Part shown: in pieces, positions 62,029-64,000 of the stretch
Layout: the number at the start of each line of letters is the position of its first letter
How positions within the stretch are numbered: position 1 is the stretch's first letter
DNA from: the human T2T-CHM13v2.0 reference genome, Homo sapiens
Assembly: GCF_009914755.1 (NCBI RefSeq)
Contig: NC_060930.1
DNA: 64,000 nt
Reading direction: 5' to 3' (one strand)
Made by a program: the position numbers and the translations under genes
Notes under the pieces: model-generated
What the model was told of the DNA's origin: nothing
The model's database searches: none
What the model saw: only the letters and a program-made list of their open reading frames with translations

Positions 62029-62082
62029 GGAGTGGTGTGGCTTAAATAGAAGAGTGGAGTGGTGTGGCTTAAATAGAAGAGC
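62029..62082. repeat. 27-bp tandem duplication
   Basis: GGAGTGGTGTGGCTTAAATAGAAGAG(T/C) twice. Confidence 0.95.
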
Positions 62083-64000
62083 GGACTTCCCGTGAGAGAG
62101 TGCAGATAAGCCAATTGATCCCCTTTCCCACACTGCTGGCATGAGGCAGGGCCAGAGATGCCAGGCCCCAGAGCCACAGGAAACCTGGAAGAGGCAGGAC
62201 AGGCTGAGGGGTGAACAGGGTGGAGAGGGCACAGGAAGTGCACAGGATCCTCAGGGCGACCAAGGAAAGGAATGTGTGAGCTGGTGCCAAGAAGCTGAGG
62301 ATAAAAAAGGATGAAGAAAGGAGAAGGGACTGGGTCAGCTGTAGGATAAGGAAGCTGGAGGAGGGGGCTCCTGGGCAGCCCTTGGTATGCCATCTTAGTT
62401 TCATTCCACACCTTGATAGGTAAGTCTTAGTTCTTCCATGGTCCCTCTCTTCTGAATTCTCAGGTGACCTCTCCCATAAGAGATACAACAGCTAATTCAG
62501 GCACCATCAGACAGCCCGGAGCCTGGGCTTCTGGGCATCATCCACACACCCCATGCAGGGATGGGGAGGTTAGGAAGATGCTGGGGAGTTTGTGGGTGTC
62601 TGAGATCAAGGTATGGGGAGGGAGGAGGTCTGTTGGTGGAGTCTACACTATTCCCCACTGCTCCAGGGTAATTCTCACCAGTATTCAGATTTGCCCCATC
62701 AAGTAGAGATATAAAAATACAGCTAGTACGTGAGGCCCTAGTCAGGAATACCTGCCCTCAATCCAGTCAACCCCATGTTCTCCCCATCTTCTCCCGATTC
62801 ACCACAAGCTCTCCCCTCACTCCCATGATTGTCTTTAAGATGTTCAGGAGGTTATCACTCATGGCTACAGCAGTTCCAAATACAAAATTCATTTCTGGCT
62901 TATACTTCCAACCACCCCCCCACATTACCCACACCCACTTTCAAAAAGGATCTGAGGTCTATAAGTTGATATTCTATATAAATTGAAATAGAAAACGAAA
63001 AACTATTTGGAGAAAAGAGGAAGGAAATATACCAGCGGGTATAATTACTGTCACAGAGTAAGTCACAAAGAAATTGACTGAGGAAGTTGAAACTACTAAA
63101 TACTCTTGTCTGTCTATATGTACTAACATCTCAGAGAAAATTCATTTCAATAGCACTAATTAATATCAATTTTATTGTATTCAATTAAAATGCTGTAGTT
63201 ATAAAGCAAAATAATCTTAAAGATTATAAAATAGGTTTATGTTGATAGCAGAAGACACCTGATACCAGTAGCTGTATGAAAGCCATCACTTGGCAAAAGT
63301 CAAATGTGAAAGACAAACACAAGGATGCTTAACCACACATGTGGAGCCTGAAAATCAAGCAAATTGAAGCAGGTTGAATCACAGAAAAAAGCATGGATTT
63401 TAAAATCAGGCAAACCTTCTGAATTCAACTCAGCTTCCTATTCACTAGCTATGTCTCATGACCTCTCTGTGCTTCAACTTATTCATACCCAAAGCTTAGA
63501 AAGTTTGTAGTGAGAAATAGCCATAGGCATCTAATGAATCTACTACAGTGCCTGCCACACAGGAGGCACTCAATAAATAGTATTTATTAATCAAGCCCCT
63601 ATAATAATTCAGGCAGTATTCTAGGTGCCAAAATTAGACTAATGAATGAAAGAAATCTTTGTTTTAATGAGGTTTATGCTGTGATGGGAGCAAATAGCCA
63701 GCAAGTAAGCAGAGAAAGAAGAAAGGGTGGGAGGAGGAAAGAAGGAAAGGAGGGAGAGGAGAGAGATCTGAAAGTGATATTCTATTGAAAAAATACAATA
63801 GTAATAAGGTAGAGAGTATCTTGGGGCAAGGGCTAGCTCCTCTAGCTAAGCAGTTGGACTTCTCCAACTGCCTCCTCAGAAGGCCTCTCTTAGGAGATGA
63901 CATTTTGTCTGAGTGCTGATTGATGGAAAGGAAGTCAGAGTGGGTTAAGATCTTGTGAACAAGGACTCCAGCCAGAGGGAGTGGCAAACAGCAAAGGCCT

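Overview
Primate genomic DNA, most likely human (it carries an AluYa5). The window is repeat-rich, and I found no intact protein-coding gene, RNA gene, CRISPR array or CpG island. Three retroposed or retroviral relics dominate. (1) An internally deleted HERV-L provirus with its 3' MLT2 LTR (141-2747). (2) A disabled, intronless PTPN11/SHP2 processed pseudogene on the minus strand (~12805-15918). Its source mRNA appears non-canonical: exon 1 is replaced by an antisense-Alu-containing leader joined at the exon-2 boundary, and it has the ALLQ splice variant and a proximal poly(A) site. (3) A 5'-truncated HERV-W processed pseudogene mobilised by L1 (27322-31141), with a U3-R LTR, poly(A), an 18-bp TSD, an integrase-to-env deletion and a young AluYa5 inside its gag zinc knuckle. 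The rest is Alu, MIR, L2, MLT and MER relics plus a few candidate CTCF or enhancer motif clusters. I found no evidence of a wholly new biological system; the best lead is the fossil alternative PTPN11 transcript. Repeat subfamily calls and comparisons with PTPN11, HERV-W and syncytin-1 come from recalled reference sequences, not alignments, and old-repeat boundaries are approximate.
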